Source: Polaromonas sp.
GTDB taxonomy: Bacteria; Pseudomonadota; Gammaproteobacteria; Burkholderiales; Burkholderiaceae_C
DNA length: 40,805 nt
Assembly (NCBI GenBank): GCA_039925285.1
Contig: JBDSZF010000185.1
Location: 1 to 40,805, forward strand
Direction of reading: 5' to 3'
Notes under the pieces: generated by a model
What the model was told of the DNA's origin: nothing
What the model saw: only the letters and a program-made list of their open reading frames with translations
Databases searched by the model: none
Translations under genes and position numbers: made by a program
Part shown: positions 18,497 through 27,786 of the stretch, piece by piece
Layout: each line of letters starts with the position of its first letter
Numbering within the stretch: the first letter of the stretch is position 1

Positions 18497-19360
18497 TTAA
18501 AGTTCGTAAAAACTTTTGATGGCGTCCCAGGCGACTTGCGGGTCATCGACATACTGGAAGAGTTCGAGGTCGTGGGGGGAAATTGCCCCTTCTTCAATCA
18601 TCACGTCAAAGTTGCAAAGCCGTTTCCAGTATTCGGTGCCGAAGAGGATGATGGGCACCGGTTTGGCCTTGCGTGTCTGCACCAGCGTGATGACTTCAAA
18701 CAGCTCATCAAGCGTCCCGAATCCGCCGGGAAAAGCCACCAGCGCCTTGGCACGCATCATGAAGTGCATCTTGCGCAGGGCAAAGTAGTGAAACTTGAAG
18801 TTCAGTGATGGCGAGATATAGGGGTTGGACGATTGTTCGTGCGGCAGCACGATGTTGAGTCCCACCGTGAGGGCACCCATTTCCTGCGCCCCGCGGTTGG
18901 CTGCCTCCATGATGCCCGGCCCGCCGCCGGTGCAGATGAACAGCTGTTCCGAGGGCGGGCGTGGGTTGCTGTAGCCTGCTACCAGGCGCGCGAACAGGCG
19001 GGCCTGGTCGTAGTAGTAGGCGTTGCGCACATGGCGCATGGCCAGCGCCAGCGCGGCTTCATCACCGCTTTCCTCGGCCAGCTTGAGCGCCGCATCGGCC
19101 TGCTCAGGGGCCGGGAAGCGGGCGCTGCCGAAAACCACAATCGTGTTTTCAATGCCTTGCTCCTGCTGATCGATTTCAGGCTTGAGCATTTCAAGCTGGA
19201 TGCGGATGGCCCGGGTCTCGCGCCTGAGCAGAAATTCCGGGTCAGCGAAGGCGAGCCGGTTGGCGTCGGGGCGCAGCGGCGTGGTGTCGGTGGAAAGTGC
19301 GTGCAATTCAGCCCAGGCGTTGGCCAGGCGGTCTTCTGATAAGTCTTGTGTTTGTTCCAT
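18497..19360 (-). CDS. LOG family (TIGR00730-like) nucleotide phosphoribohydrolase
   Basis: VFGSAR, TGGGPGIMEAANRGA, FALRK and PGGFGTLDE. Confidence 0.92.
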   Translation of the reverse strand: MEQTQDLSEDRLANAWAELHALSTDTTPLRPDANRLAFADPEFLLRRETRAIRIQLEMLKPEIDQQEQGIENTIVVFGSARFPAPEQADAALKLAEESGDEAALALAMRHVRNAYYYDQARLFARLVAGYSNPRPPSEQLFICTGGGPGIMEAANRGAQEMGALTVGLNIVLPHEQSSNPYISPSLNFKFHYFALRKMHFMMRAKALVAFPGGFGTLDELFEVITLVQTRKAKPVPIILFGTEYWKRLCNFDVMIEEGAISPHDLELFQYVDDPQVAWDAIKSFYEL

Positions 19361-19491
19361 GAGCCTGTATCAATGATGCGTGCAAACCGGTGTTTCACCG
19401 CAAAGTCACGCAGTAAGCAGAGTAAGAAAAACGCGGTGGGTAACAGGAACATCATAAAGACGGTTTACTTCGCTTTTCCTCTCTGAAATAA

Positions 19492-19517
19492 AAAAAGGCT
19501 CCATCAGGAGCCTTTTT
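19492..19517. terminator. Intrinsic terminator downstream of efp (bidirectional shape)
   Basis: AAAAAGGCTCC-ATCA-GGAGCCTTTTT. Confidence 0.85.
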
Positions 19518-19538
19518 AGCGCAGGGGTTGACGCCTGT

Positions 19539-20093
19539 TTAGACGCGCTTGCGGTATTCACCGGTGCGGGTGTCGATTTCAACGATATCGCCCTGCGCCA
19601 CAAAAATAGGCACACCGATCTCAAAGCCGGTGGCCAGCTTGGCTGGCTTGAGAACCTTGCCGGACGTGTCGCCCTTGACGGCAGGCTCGGTCCAGGTGAT
19701 TTCGCGCTGAACGCTGGTCGGCACTTCGACCGAAATGGCCTTGCCGTCATAGAAAACGACTTCCAGGTCCATGCCGTCCTGCAGGTAGTTCAGCGAGTCG
19801 CCCATGTTTTCGGCTTCGACTTCGTACTGGTTGTACTCAGTGTCCATGCAGATGTACATCGGGTCGGCAAAGTAGGAATAGGTGCATTCCTTCTTGTCCA
19901 GGATGACCTGGTCGAGCTTGTCGTCGGCCTTGAACACGACTTCGGTGTTGAAGTTGGCGATCAGGCTTTTGAGCTTCATGCGCACGGTGGCGGAGTTGCG
20001 CCCGCCGCGGCTGTATTCGGTCTTGAGCACGACCATCGGGTCTTTGCCGTTCATGATGACGTTACCGGCGCGGATTTCTTGAGCGATTTTCAT
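19539..20093 (-). CDS. efp: Elongation factor P (Arg32, rhamnosylated type)
   Basis: [19 protein letters not shown] loop, TEPAVKGDT and DTRTGEY. Confidence 0.98.
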   Translation of the reverse strand: MKIAQEIRAGNVIMNGKDPMVVLKTEYSRGGRNSATVRMKLKSLIANFNTEVVFKADDKLDQVILDKKECTYSYFADPMYICMDTEYNQYEVEAENMGDSLNYLQDGMDLEVVFYDGKAISVEVPTSVQREITWTEPAVKGDTSGKVLKPAKLATGFEIGVPIFVAQGDIVEIDTRTGEYRKRV

Positions 20094-20209
20094 AGCAGTT
20101 TTGACTAGGGTGGACCGCTAAACGGGTGCAAGGGTGTGCAGGTTCTGCGGCGGGTTAGGTAAGCGGTGATGCGTCTTGCCCAACAGGCAAATCCGCGAAG
20201 CCCGTGATT

Positions 20210-21337
20210 TTAGCGTTTATTTGCCACAAACTCCAGCAAACGGGTACTCAGGTCGTCCTGCATCATCAGGCGGGAGCGTGCCGCGAGGGCGCAGGCTTGC
20301 CAGGCCGGCAGGTCCAGCCTCGGGAGCTGTAGCGGTTCCTGGCTGGCGCTTTCGTTGTTCCACAAGGAGTGAAATGTTCGCAGCGAAGGCGGCGCTTGCA
20401 GCATGTCCAGAAAAGCGGCCAGCTTGTCCAGATGCGCTTCATCACCCTGCGGGTAGATGTGCCAGATAAAGGGTTTCCCTGCCCATAGCGCGCGTACTAG
20501 CGAGTCTTCGCCGCGCACAAAATTCAAATCGCTTGCCCACAGCAGGTGGTCGAATTCAGGTTGCGTCAGCAGGGGAAGGTATGAAATTGACAGCTTCTTG
20601 TGCGCATCGATATCAGACTGGAGGCTGATTTGATCACTCAAAGCGGTCCTGGCCGCACGGGTGGCACGTCCTGCCGCCACCAGCAGTCGCACGGGCTCGC
20701 CATCCAGGCCGTGCTGCGCAAAGTGTTTCAGGAGGCCTGCCAGTGCCGCCGGTTCGTAGCAGAACAGTGAAACCAGTTTTTCGCCAGTCCACGCAATGCC
20801 CTGGGCCGCCAGCCAGGCGCTGCGGTCAAAGCGGGATTGCCGTTCGGCCAGGTCGGGCTCGCGCAGCAGGCCGCCCGTCGATTCGGTAAAGCCGGGGTAG
20901 AAAAACCATTTGATCCAGCCTGCCGCCGGGCCGCCCTGCACGGGCGAGGGCAGGGCATGGCAGCGGCGGGCGTAGGGTTCGGCCGTCAGGTATTCGAGAT
21001 TAATCCATAACGGTTTCCGGCCTGTAGCGTTGGCCTGACGGGCGCAGGCAGCTACACATTCAGGCGCAATGTCGCAGCCGAACGATTCGATCAGCACGTC
21101 GCTTGGTTGCATCTCAAGCCTGGCCGGGGTCAGGTCGAGCGGCCAATTCCACGGCAGCACATGAACGCCTTCACAGCCCGCCGGCGCCATCCACGCCAGC
21201 GCAGACGCATCATCCACCCACAAGCGTACCTGTTGGCCGCGTGTCGCCAGATCGGCGGCCAGGCGCCAGCACACGCCAATATCCCCGAAGTTGTCGATGA
21301 CTTTGCAAAAAATGTCCCATTGCAGACGCTGATTCAT
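20210..21337 (-). CDS. earP: EF-P arginine rhamnosyltransferase
   Basis: [34 protein letters not shown] and NFVRGEDS. Directly upstream of efp. Confidence 0.96.
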   Translation of the reverse strand: MNQRLQWDIFCKVIDNFGDIGVCWRLAADLATRGQQVRLWVDDASALAWMAPAGCEGVHVLPWNWPLDLTPARLEMQPSDVLIESFGCDIAPECVAACARQANATGRKPLWINLEYLTAEPYARRCHALPSPVQGGPAAGWIKWFFYPGFTESTGGLLREPDLAERQSRFDRSAWLAAQGIAWTGEKLVSLFCYEPAALAGLLKHFAQHGLDGEPVRLLVAAGRATRAARTALSDQISLQSDIDAHKKLSISYLPLLTQPEFDHLLWASDLNFVRGEDSLVRALWAGKPFIWHIYPQGDEAHLDKLAAFLDMLQAPPSLRTFHSLWNNESASQEPLQLPRLDLPAWQACALAARSRLMMQDDLSTRLLEFVANKR

Positions 21338-21380
21338 GAAACGATTGTCCACAATACGGCCAACCTGTTCTATGGATGTC

Positions 21381-23321
21381 ATGACCCAAACCCACGAATT
21401 CGACCCCCAACTGCTCAGTGAAGTGGCGGCCTTGCCGGCCTTGCCTGGCGTTTACCGCTACTTTGATGCCGATGGCGGCGTGCTCTACGTCGGCAAGGCG
21501 CGCAACCTGAAAAAGCGGGTCACCAGTTATTTTCAGAAAAACCACGGCGGCACCCGCATTGGCCACATGGTGACCAGGATAGCCCGCATGGAAACCACGG
21601 TGGTGCGCTCTGAAGCCGAGGCGCTGCTGCTTGAAAACAACCTGATCAAGACGCTCAACCCCAAATACAACATCCTGTTCCGGGACGACAAGAGCTATCC
21701 CTACCTCAAGCTGACCGCCGCCCAGATCACACCCGAAGCCGGCGCGCCATCGGCAGCGGCCTATCCGCGCATCGCCTATTACCGCGGTGCGGTCGAGAAA
21801 AAGCACCATTACTTTGGCCCTTACCCGAGCGCCTGGGCGGTGAAGGACACGATCTTGCTGCTGCAAAAAGTGTTTCGGCTGCGCACCTGCGAAGACACGG
21901 TGTTCAACAACCGTAGCCGGCCCTGCCTGCTGTACCAGATCAAGCGCTGCTCCGCGCCCTGTGTGGGCCATGTGTCGCCTGAGCAATATGCGCTCGACAC
22001 CGCGAATGCGGAGCGCTTCCTGCAGGGCGAGACGCAGGAAATACTGACTGAACTCGAAAAGAAAATGCTGGCGCATGCCGACCGGCTGGAGTTTGAGCAG
22101 GCGGCCGAGCTGCGCAACCAGATGTCGGCCTTGTCCAAGGTGCTGCACCAGCAGTCCATGGACATCGGCGGCGACAAGGACGTGGACATTCTGGCGGTGA
22201 AAGTGCAGGGCGGAAAGGCCTGCGTCAACCTGGCGATGGTGCGCGGCGGCCGCCACCTGGGCGACCGGCCTTATTTCCCGACGCATGTGGAGAATGCCGC
22301 CGATGTGGCCGCGCTCGATGCCGAGCCGGATCCGTCAGCGGTTCAGGCGAAGGAGAAATCGCTGGAAGCGCTGGTGCTCGAAGCTTTCATCGCCCAGCAC
22401 TACATCGACGTGCCGGTGCCGGCCACGCTGGTGGTCAGCGAGCCGGTCGACAAAGACCTGATGGCAGCGCTGGCCGAGCAGACCGGCAGCCGCATCACCG
22501 CCGTTCACCAGCCGCGCGAGCAGCGCCGTATCTGGCTGGAAATGGCGCAGAAAAATGCCGGCCTCCAGTTGGCCCGCCTGCTGGCCGAACAGGGCTCGCA
22601 ACAGGCCCGCACCCGGGCGCTGGCCGAGGCGCTGGAGTTGCCACTCGACCATCTGGACGCCTTGCGCATCGAGTGTTTTGACATCTCGCACACGGCGGGT
22701 GAATCGACCCAGGCGTCCTGCGTGGTGTTCAAGGAGCACAAGATGCAAAACAGCGACTACCGCCGCTACAACATCGAAGGCATCACGCCGGGCGACGATT
22801 ACGCCGCCATGCGCCAGGTCTTGACCCGCCGCTACAGCAAGCTGGCCGAGGCGGCGCGCAATGGCGAGGCCACGCTGCCCGACCTGGTGCTGGTCGATGG
22901 CGGCAAGGGCCAGGTGTCGATGGCGCGCGAAGTGTTCGTCGAACTGGGGCTGGACCTGGGGCTGATCGCCGGCGTTGAAAAAGGTGAGGGCCGCAAGGTT
23001 GGCCTGGAGGAGCTGGTGTTTGCCGATGGCCGTGACAAGGTTTACCTGGGCCGTGATTCGGCCGCGCTGATGCTGATTGCCCAGATACGGGACGAAGCGC
23101 ACCGCTTCGCCATCACCGGCATGCGCGCGAAACGGGCCAAGGTCCGGGTGGGCGGCAGCCGGCTTGAGGACATTGCGGGCATTGGCCCGAAACGCCGGGC
23201 CAGCCTGCTGCAGCGCTTTGGCGGCGTGCGCGGCATTGCCTCGGCCAGCGTCGAGGACATTGCCATGGTCGATGGCATTTCAACCGAACTGGCCGAGGAA
23301 ATTTACCGCGCCTTGCACTGA
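21381..23321 (+). CDS. uvrC: Excinuclease ABC subunit C
   Basis: GIY-YIG (PGVY..YVGKA), UVR domain [32 protein letters not shown] and HhH. Start could be 21372. Confidence 0.97.
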   Translation: MTQTHEFDPQLLSEVAALPALPGVYRYFDADGGVLYVGKARNLKKRVTSYFQKNHGGTRIGHMVTRIARMETTVVRSEAEALLLENNLIKTLNPKYNILFRDDKSYPYLKLTAAQITPEAGAPSAAAYPRIAYYRGAVEKKHHYFGPYPSAWAVKDTILLLQKVFRLRTCEDTVFNNRSRPCLLYQIKRCSAPCVGHVSPEQYALDTANAERFLQGETQEILTELEKKMLAHADRLEFEQAAELRNQMSALSKVLHQQSMDIGGDKDVDILAVKVQGGKACVNLAMVRGGRHLGDRPYFPTHVENAADVAALDAEPDPSAVQAKEKSLEALVLEAFIAQHYIDVPVPATLVVSEPVDKDLMAALAEQTGSRITAVHQPREQRRIWLEMAQKNAGLQLARLLAEQGSQQARTRALAEALELPLDHLDALRIECFDISHTAGESTQASCVVFKEHKMQNSDYRRYNIEGITPGDDYAAMRQVLTRRYSKLAEAARNGEATLPDLVLVDGGKGQVSMAREVFVELGLDLGLIAGVEKGEGRKVGLEELVFADGRDKVYLGRDSAALMLIAQIRDEAHRFAITGMRAKRAKVRVGGSRLEDIAGIGPKRRASLLQRFGGVRGIASASVEDIAMVDGISTELAEEIYRALH

Positions 23322-23384
23322 TAAAGTGCAGTGGCTTGCATGAGCTTGCGCGACCAAGCCGCCGCTCATGCCAAAATCGGTGCC

Positions 23385-23951
23385 ATGTTTCTGACCATTC
23401 CCACGCTAATGACCTGGACCCGCATTGTTGCGATTCCGCTGATCGTGGGGGTTTTCTACCTGAACATCCCTGCTGCGCAACGCAATCTGATCGCCACCGT
23501 GATGTTTGTGGTTTTTGCCGCCACCGACTGGCTCGACGGTTATCTGGCTCGCAAGCTGAACCAGGCGTCCTCCTTTGGCGCTTTCCTCGACCCAGTGGCG
23601 GACAAGTTCCTGGTCTGTGCCTCCCTGCTGGTACTGGTGCATCTGCAACGCGCCGATGTGTTTGTAGCGCTCATCATCATTGGCCGCGAAATTGCGATTT
23701 CGGCCCTGCGCGAATGGATGGCCCAGATTGGCGCGTCGCGCAGCGTTGCCGTTCACATGCTGGGCAAGGTCAAGACCACGGTGCAGATGATTGCGATTCC
23801 CTTTCTGCTTTATGACGGCCGTCTGTTCGGCGTCATCAACACCCCTGTCTGGGGAACCTGGCTGATCTGGATTTCGGCCATCCTGACGGTCTGGTCGATG
23901 GTGTATTACCTGCAAAAAGCGATTCCCGAAATCCGCGCGCGGGCCAAATGA
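23385..23951 (+). CDS. pgsA: CDP-diacylglycerol--glycerol-3-phosphate 3-phosphatidyltransferase
   Basis: TDWLDGYLAR..FGAFLDPVADK. Follows uvrC. Confidence 0.96.
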   Translation: MFLTIPTLMTWTRIVAIPLIVGVFYLNIPAAQRNLIATVMFVVFAATDWLDGYLARKLNQASSFGAFLDPVADKFLVCASLLVLVHLQRADVFVALIIIGREIAISALREWMAQIGASRSVAVHMLGKVKTTVQMIAIPFLLYDGRLFGVINTPVWGTWLIWISAILTVWSMVYYLQKAIPEIRARAK

Positions 23952-23974
23952 AATTTTCCTGAAGCAGACTGGTC

Positions 23975-24901
23975 TTGAGTTCTCCGTCGCCCTCCAGCAC
24001 CCTGATCCGGGCCATGCCCGCTGTGTTCGTGCTGATCTGGAGCACCGGTTTTATCGTCGCCAAATTCGGCCTCCCGTATGCACCTCCGCTGACTTTTCTG
24101 GTGCTGCGTTATGCCTTTTCCATCGCCTGTTTTCTGCTCTGGATCCGGTTCAGCCGCGCACGCTGGCCACGTGGCCGCCAGCAGTGGCTGCACCTGGCGG
24201 TAACCGGTGTGCTGATGCATGCCGGCTATCTGGGCGGCGTCTGGGTCGCGGTGAAAGGCGGCATGGGGTCTGGCCTGGCGGCATTGATCGTCGGGCTGCA
24301 ACCCGTTATTACGGCGCTATGGCTGTCTTGGGCTGGCCCGTCTGGTCCTTCAAGTCAGGGTGCATCGCAGGCCCAGGTCACGCCGCGCCAGTGGGCGGGG
24401 TTGGCGCTGGGGCTGGGCGGACTCGTGCTGGTGGTGGCCCGTAAATTAGGCAGCAGCAGTGAAGTCACGGCGCTGACGCTGGGCTGCACGGTGTTGGCTT
24501 TGTTCAGCATCACTGTCGGCACGCTGTACCAGAAACGCTTCATGCAGCCGACCGATGTGCGCTCTGCCAACACCATCCAGTTGGCGGCGGCTTTGCTGGT
24601 GACCTTGCCTTTTGCCCTGATGGAGTCCGAGGTGATTGTCTGGAATCCCGAAATTATCGGCGCCCTGGCCTGGTCGGTGCTGGCGGTGACGCTGGGCGGC
24701 AGCTCGCTGCTGTACCTGCTGATTCAGCGCGGTGCGGCTACCTCGGTGACCAGCTTGCTCTACCTGGTGCCGCCCACCACGGCCGTGATGGCCTGGCTGT
24801 TGTTTGGCGAATCCATCACTTTGGCGACCGTTATCGGTACCGCACTCACGGCTTTGGGCGTCAGCCTGGTGGTGCGGCCCGCCAAGCCGCGGGCGGCGTA
24901 G
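23975..24901 (+). CDS. DMT/EamA family transporter
   Basis: About 10 hydrophobic segments; IWSTGF, GLQP and LLYLVPP..FGE. Start uncertain (TTG 23975 or ATG 24014). Confidence 0.88.
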   Translation: MSSPSPSSTLIRAMPAVFVLIWSTGFIVAKFGLPYAPPLTFLVLRYAFSIACFLLWIRFSRARWPRGRQQWLHLAVTGVLMHAGYLGGVWVAVKGGMGSGLAALIVGLQPVITALWLSWAGPSGPSSQGASQAQVTPRQWAGLALGLGGLVLVVARKLGSSSEVTALTLGCTVLALFSITVGTLYQKRFMQPTDVRSANTIQLAAALLVTLPFALMESEVIVWNPEIIGALAWSVLAVTLGGSSLLYLLIQRGAATSVTSLLYLVPPTTAVMAWLLFGESITLATVIGTALTALGVSLVVRPAKPRAA

Positions 24902-25823
24902 TCTCCCAGGGCGCATCCTGAAACTGCGCCACCAGAAAGTCGATCAGCAGCCGGATACGCCGGGGTGAATCCGGGCGGTAGGGGGCCAGCCAGTGAATGT
25001 CGGCGTCATGCATGGCATGGCCGGGCAGCACGCGTACCAGCTGGCCTGAAGCCAGCTCAGGGGCAATATCCCAGAGGCTGCGCAGCATGATGCCGCGCCC
25101 CTGCAGGCACCAGTCGCGCACCAGTTCCCCCGAGTTGCTCGACAGCGGGCCATGAACCCTGACCCGTTCTGCTTGCTTGCTGTTGCCTTGGTGCAGCGTC
25201 CAGGTATCGAATCGCTGGCCTGGCGCATTACCGTTTTCCCGCACGATCAGGCAGGCATGGTCCTGCAAGGCATTCAGCGTGGACGGCAAACCGTGCTGCC
25301 GCAGGTAGCCGCGCGACGCTGCCAGCACGCGCTGGTTGCGGGCCAGTTGCCGCGAAACCCATTGCGCGGCCTGCCTCCCCTCTACAGACCACAGCCAGAT
25401 GGCGCCGTCAAATCCTTCCAGCGCCAGGTCGGGCAATTGTTCCGTGAGCTGGAGTTGTATTTCGATGCGCGGATGGCGCTCCTGAAAGCGGGCCAGTGCC
25501 GGCCCCAGCCACAAGCGCCCAAAGCCGAAAGTCGCCGCCAGCCGGATCAGGCCGGTCGGTTCTTCCTTTCGCTCCTGCAGTTCTGACTCAAGCGCTGCAA
25601 AGCCCTGCAGCAACACCCGCGCACGCTCGCAAAGGGTTTCGCACTCAGCGGTCGGGCTGACGCGCCGGGTCGTGCGCTGAAACAGATGCTGGCCCAGCTG
25701 TGCTTCAAGGGCCGCAAGCCGCTTGGTCACGACGGGGGGCGCCACATCAAGGCTGAGCGCTGCCGCCGCCAGACTGCCACGCTCGCGTATGGCCAGTACC
25801 AGTTCCAGATCGCTGCGTTCCAT
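24861..25823 (-). CDS. LysR family regulator (DmlR/TtuA-like)
   Basis: HTH GSLAAAA..VTKRLAALE..LFQRTTR; effector domain FGFGR and GIMLRSLWD. Divergent from the dehydrogenase. Start at MERSDL. Confidence 0.9.
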   Translation of the reverse strand: MERSDLELVLAIRERGSLAAAALSLDVAPPVVTKRLAALEAQLGQHLFQRTTRRVSPTAECETLCERARVLLQGFAALESELQERKEEPTGLIRLAATFGFGRLWLGPALARFQERHPRIEIQLQLTEQLPDLALEGFDGAIWLWSVEGRQAAQWVSRQLARNQRVLAASRGYLRQHGLPSTLNALQDHACLIVRENGNAPGQRFDTWTLHQGNSKQAERVRVHGPLSSNSGELVRDWCLQGRGIMLRSLWDIAPELASGQLVRVLPGHAMHDADIHWLAPYRPDSPRRIRLLIDFLVAQFQDAPWETTPPAAWRAAPPG

Positions 25824-25987
25824 TGTTGCCCTAAGAGAAATAATTGATTGACAGATTGTTGCTTGAATAAAGGTTGCGTATTCTGCAGAATCAGCTGGCA
25901 ATGGATATTTGTTATGGAAGAGATGCCGGCGCTGTTGCTCGCGGAAGCACTGAAATTTTTCAAAAACTGAAACCAAAGGAATAAAGC

Positions 25988-27094
25988 ATGAACAAGAGCA
26001 GCGGCAAAAAAAGAATTGCCGTCATAGCGGGCGATGGTATCGGCAAGGAAGTGATGCCTGAAGGCATTCGCGTGCTGGAAGCTGCTGCAGTCAAATACGG
26101 GATTGACCTGCAGTTCGACCATTTCGATTTTTCCAGCTGGGACTATTTCGAGAAGCACGGCCAGATGCTGCCAGACGACTGGAAAGACCAGATTGGCGGA
26201 CATGATGCGATTTACTTTGGCGCGGTAGGCTGGCCCGACAAGATTGCCGACCATGTGTCGCTCTGGGGTTCGCTGCTGCTGTTCAGGCGCGAATTTGACC
26301 AGTACATCAACCTGCGGCCGGCGCGGCTGATGCCCGGCATCATTGCGCCGGTGGTCAGGCGTGATGGCAGCCCGCGCCAGCCCGGTGAAATTGATTTCTA
26401 CATCGTCCGTGAAAACACCGAAGGCGAGTATTCCAGCATTGGCGGCAAGGCTTTTGCCGGGACCGATCGGGAGTTCGTGCTGCAGGAGTCGGTGTTTACC
26501 CGCATCGGGGTCGATCGCGTGCTGAAGTTTGCGTTCGAACTGGCCCAGTCGCGGCCCAAAAAGCACCTGACCAGCGCCACCAAGTCCAATGGTATTTCAA
26601 TCTCCATGCCTTACTGGGATGAGCGTGTGGTCGAGATGGCGAAAAACTATCCGGCGATACAACTCGACAAGTTTCATATTGACATCCTGACAGCCCATTT
26701 CGTGCAGCGGCCGGACTTTTTTGACGTGGTGGTCGCCAGCAATCTGTTCGGCGACATCCTGAGCGACCTGGGGCCCGCCTGCACCGGCACCATCGGTATT
26801 GCACCGAGCGCCAATCTCAACCCGGAGCGCAGGTTCCCTTCGCTGTTTGAGCCCGTCCATGGCTCGGCGCCGGACATTGCCGGGCGCAATATCGCCAACC
26901 CGATTGGCCAGATCTGGTGCGGCGCCATGATGCTGGAATTCCTGGGCTATAAGGACGCCCATGACGGTATTCTTGCCGCGATTGAACATGTGTTGAAACC
27001 CCGGAATGGCGCGCCACGCACCCCCGATCTGGGTGGGCAGGCCAGCACGGTGGAGGTCGGTAAAGCCATTGCTCAGACCTTGGTCGAACTGTAA
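25988..27094 (+). CDS. ttuC: Tartrate dehydrogenase / D-malate dehydrogenase (decarboxylating)
   Basis: AGDGIGKEV, DHVSLWG, RENTEGEY, SATKSNG, NLFGDILSDL and FEPVHGSAPDIAG. Confidence 0.9.
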   Translation: MNKSSGKKRIAVIAGDGIGKEVMPEGIRVLEAAAVKYGIDLQFDHFDFSSWDYFEKHGQMLPDDWKDQIGGHDAIYFGAVGWPDKIADHVSLWGSLLLFRREFDQYINLRPARLMPGIIAPVVRRDGSPRQPGEIDFYIVRENTEGEYSSIGGKAFAGTDREFVLQESVFTRIGVDRVLKFAFELAQSRPKKHLTSATKSNGISISMPYWDERVVEMAKNYPAIQLDKFHIDILTAHFVQRPDFFDVVVASNLFGDILSDLGPACTGTIGIAPSANLNPERRFPSLFEPVHGSAPDIAGRNIANPIGQIWCGAMMLEFLGYKDAHDGILAAIEHVLKPRNGAPRTPDLGGQASTVEVGKAIAQTLVEL

Positions 27095-27345
27095 AATCTT
27101 GCGCTGCCAAGCATGAAAATTACACCTCCTGCTTGGCATCAGGTCAGGAATTCGCCAAAAAAAAGCTAGAATCCCGCTCCACAGCTTTAAAAACTTGCGC
27201 CGTATTGATAGTCTGGAACCATGGTTTTAATGAATCCAGAAGCAAACCATGCACACCGCTCCCGCTGGCACCGCCCATGCCGTGTCCAGGGGAAATTTGT
27301 TTTAAAGCCAACCAGATTAATTGACCAAATAATGAGGGGCTTCTT

Positions 27346-27618
27346 GTGAACAAGACTGAACTGATTGAGCACATTGCCAAAAATGCCGATATCTCTAAAG
27401 CTGCAGCAACGCGCGCTCTGGAGTCCACCATTGGTGCGGTAAAGGCTACGCTGAAAAAAGGAGGCTCCGTGTCTCTGGTGGGTTTTGGCACTTTTGCTGT
27501 GGGCAAACGCGCAGCCCGGACTGGCCGCAATCCGCGTACCGGCGAGGCGATTAAAATCAAGGCGGCCAAGGTTCCAAAGTTCCGTCCAGGCAAGGCGCTC
27601 AAGGATGCGCTGAACTGA
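27346..27618 (+). CDS. hupB: DNA-binding protein HU
   Basis: MNKTELI, GFGTF and [12 protein letters not shown] start. Confidence 0.96.
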   Translation: MNKTELIEHIAKNADISKAAATRALESTIGAVKATLKKGGSVSLVGFGTFAVGKRAARTGRNPRTGEAIKIKAAKVPKFRPGKALKDALN

Positions 27619-27633
27619 TGTAAACTTATAGTG

Positions 27634-27709
27634 GGGTGCTTAGCTCAGTTGGTAGAGCAGCGCCTTTACACGGCGTAGGTCGGCGGTTCGAGTCCGTCAG
27701 CACCCACCA
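27634..27709 (+). tRNA. tRNA-Val(TAC)
   Basis: GGGTGCT/AGCACCC acceptor stem, TAGCTCAGTTGGTAGAGC D-arm, TT-TAC-AC loop, GGTTCGAGTCC T-arm and CCA. Confidence 0.98.
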
Positions 27710-27716
27710 CCCACTG

Positions 27717-27749
27717 AAAAAAGGCGAACCAGGGTTCGCCTTTTTTTTT
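27717..27749 (+). terminator. Intrinsic terminator after tRNA-Val
   Basis: AAAAAAGGCGAAC-CAGG-GTTCGCC followed by T9. Confidence 0.92.
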
Positions 27750-27786
27750 GTTGCGCCTAGTTGGGCCGTCGTACAGGAAATTCGAG

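Noticed and set aside
19539-21337. efp-earP pair as a novel system
   Set aside because: Well-described EF-P Arg32 rhamnosylation system.
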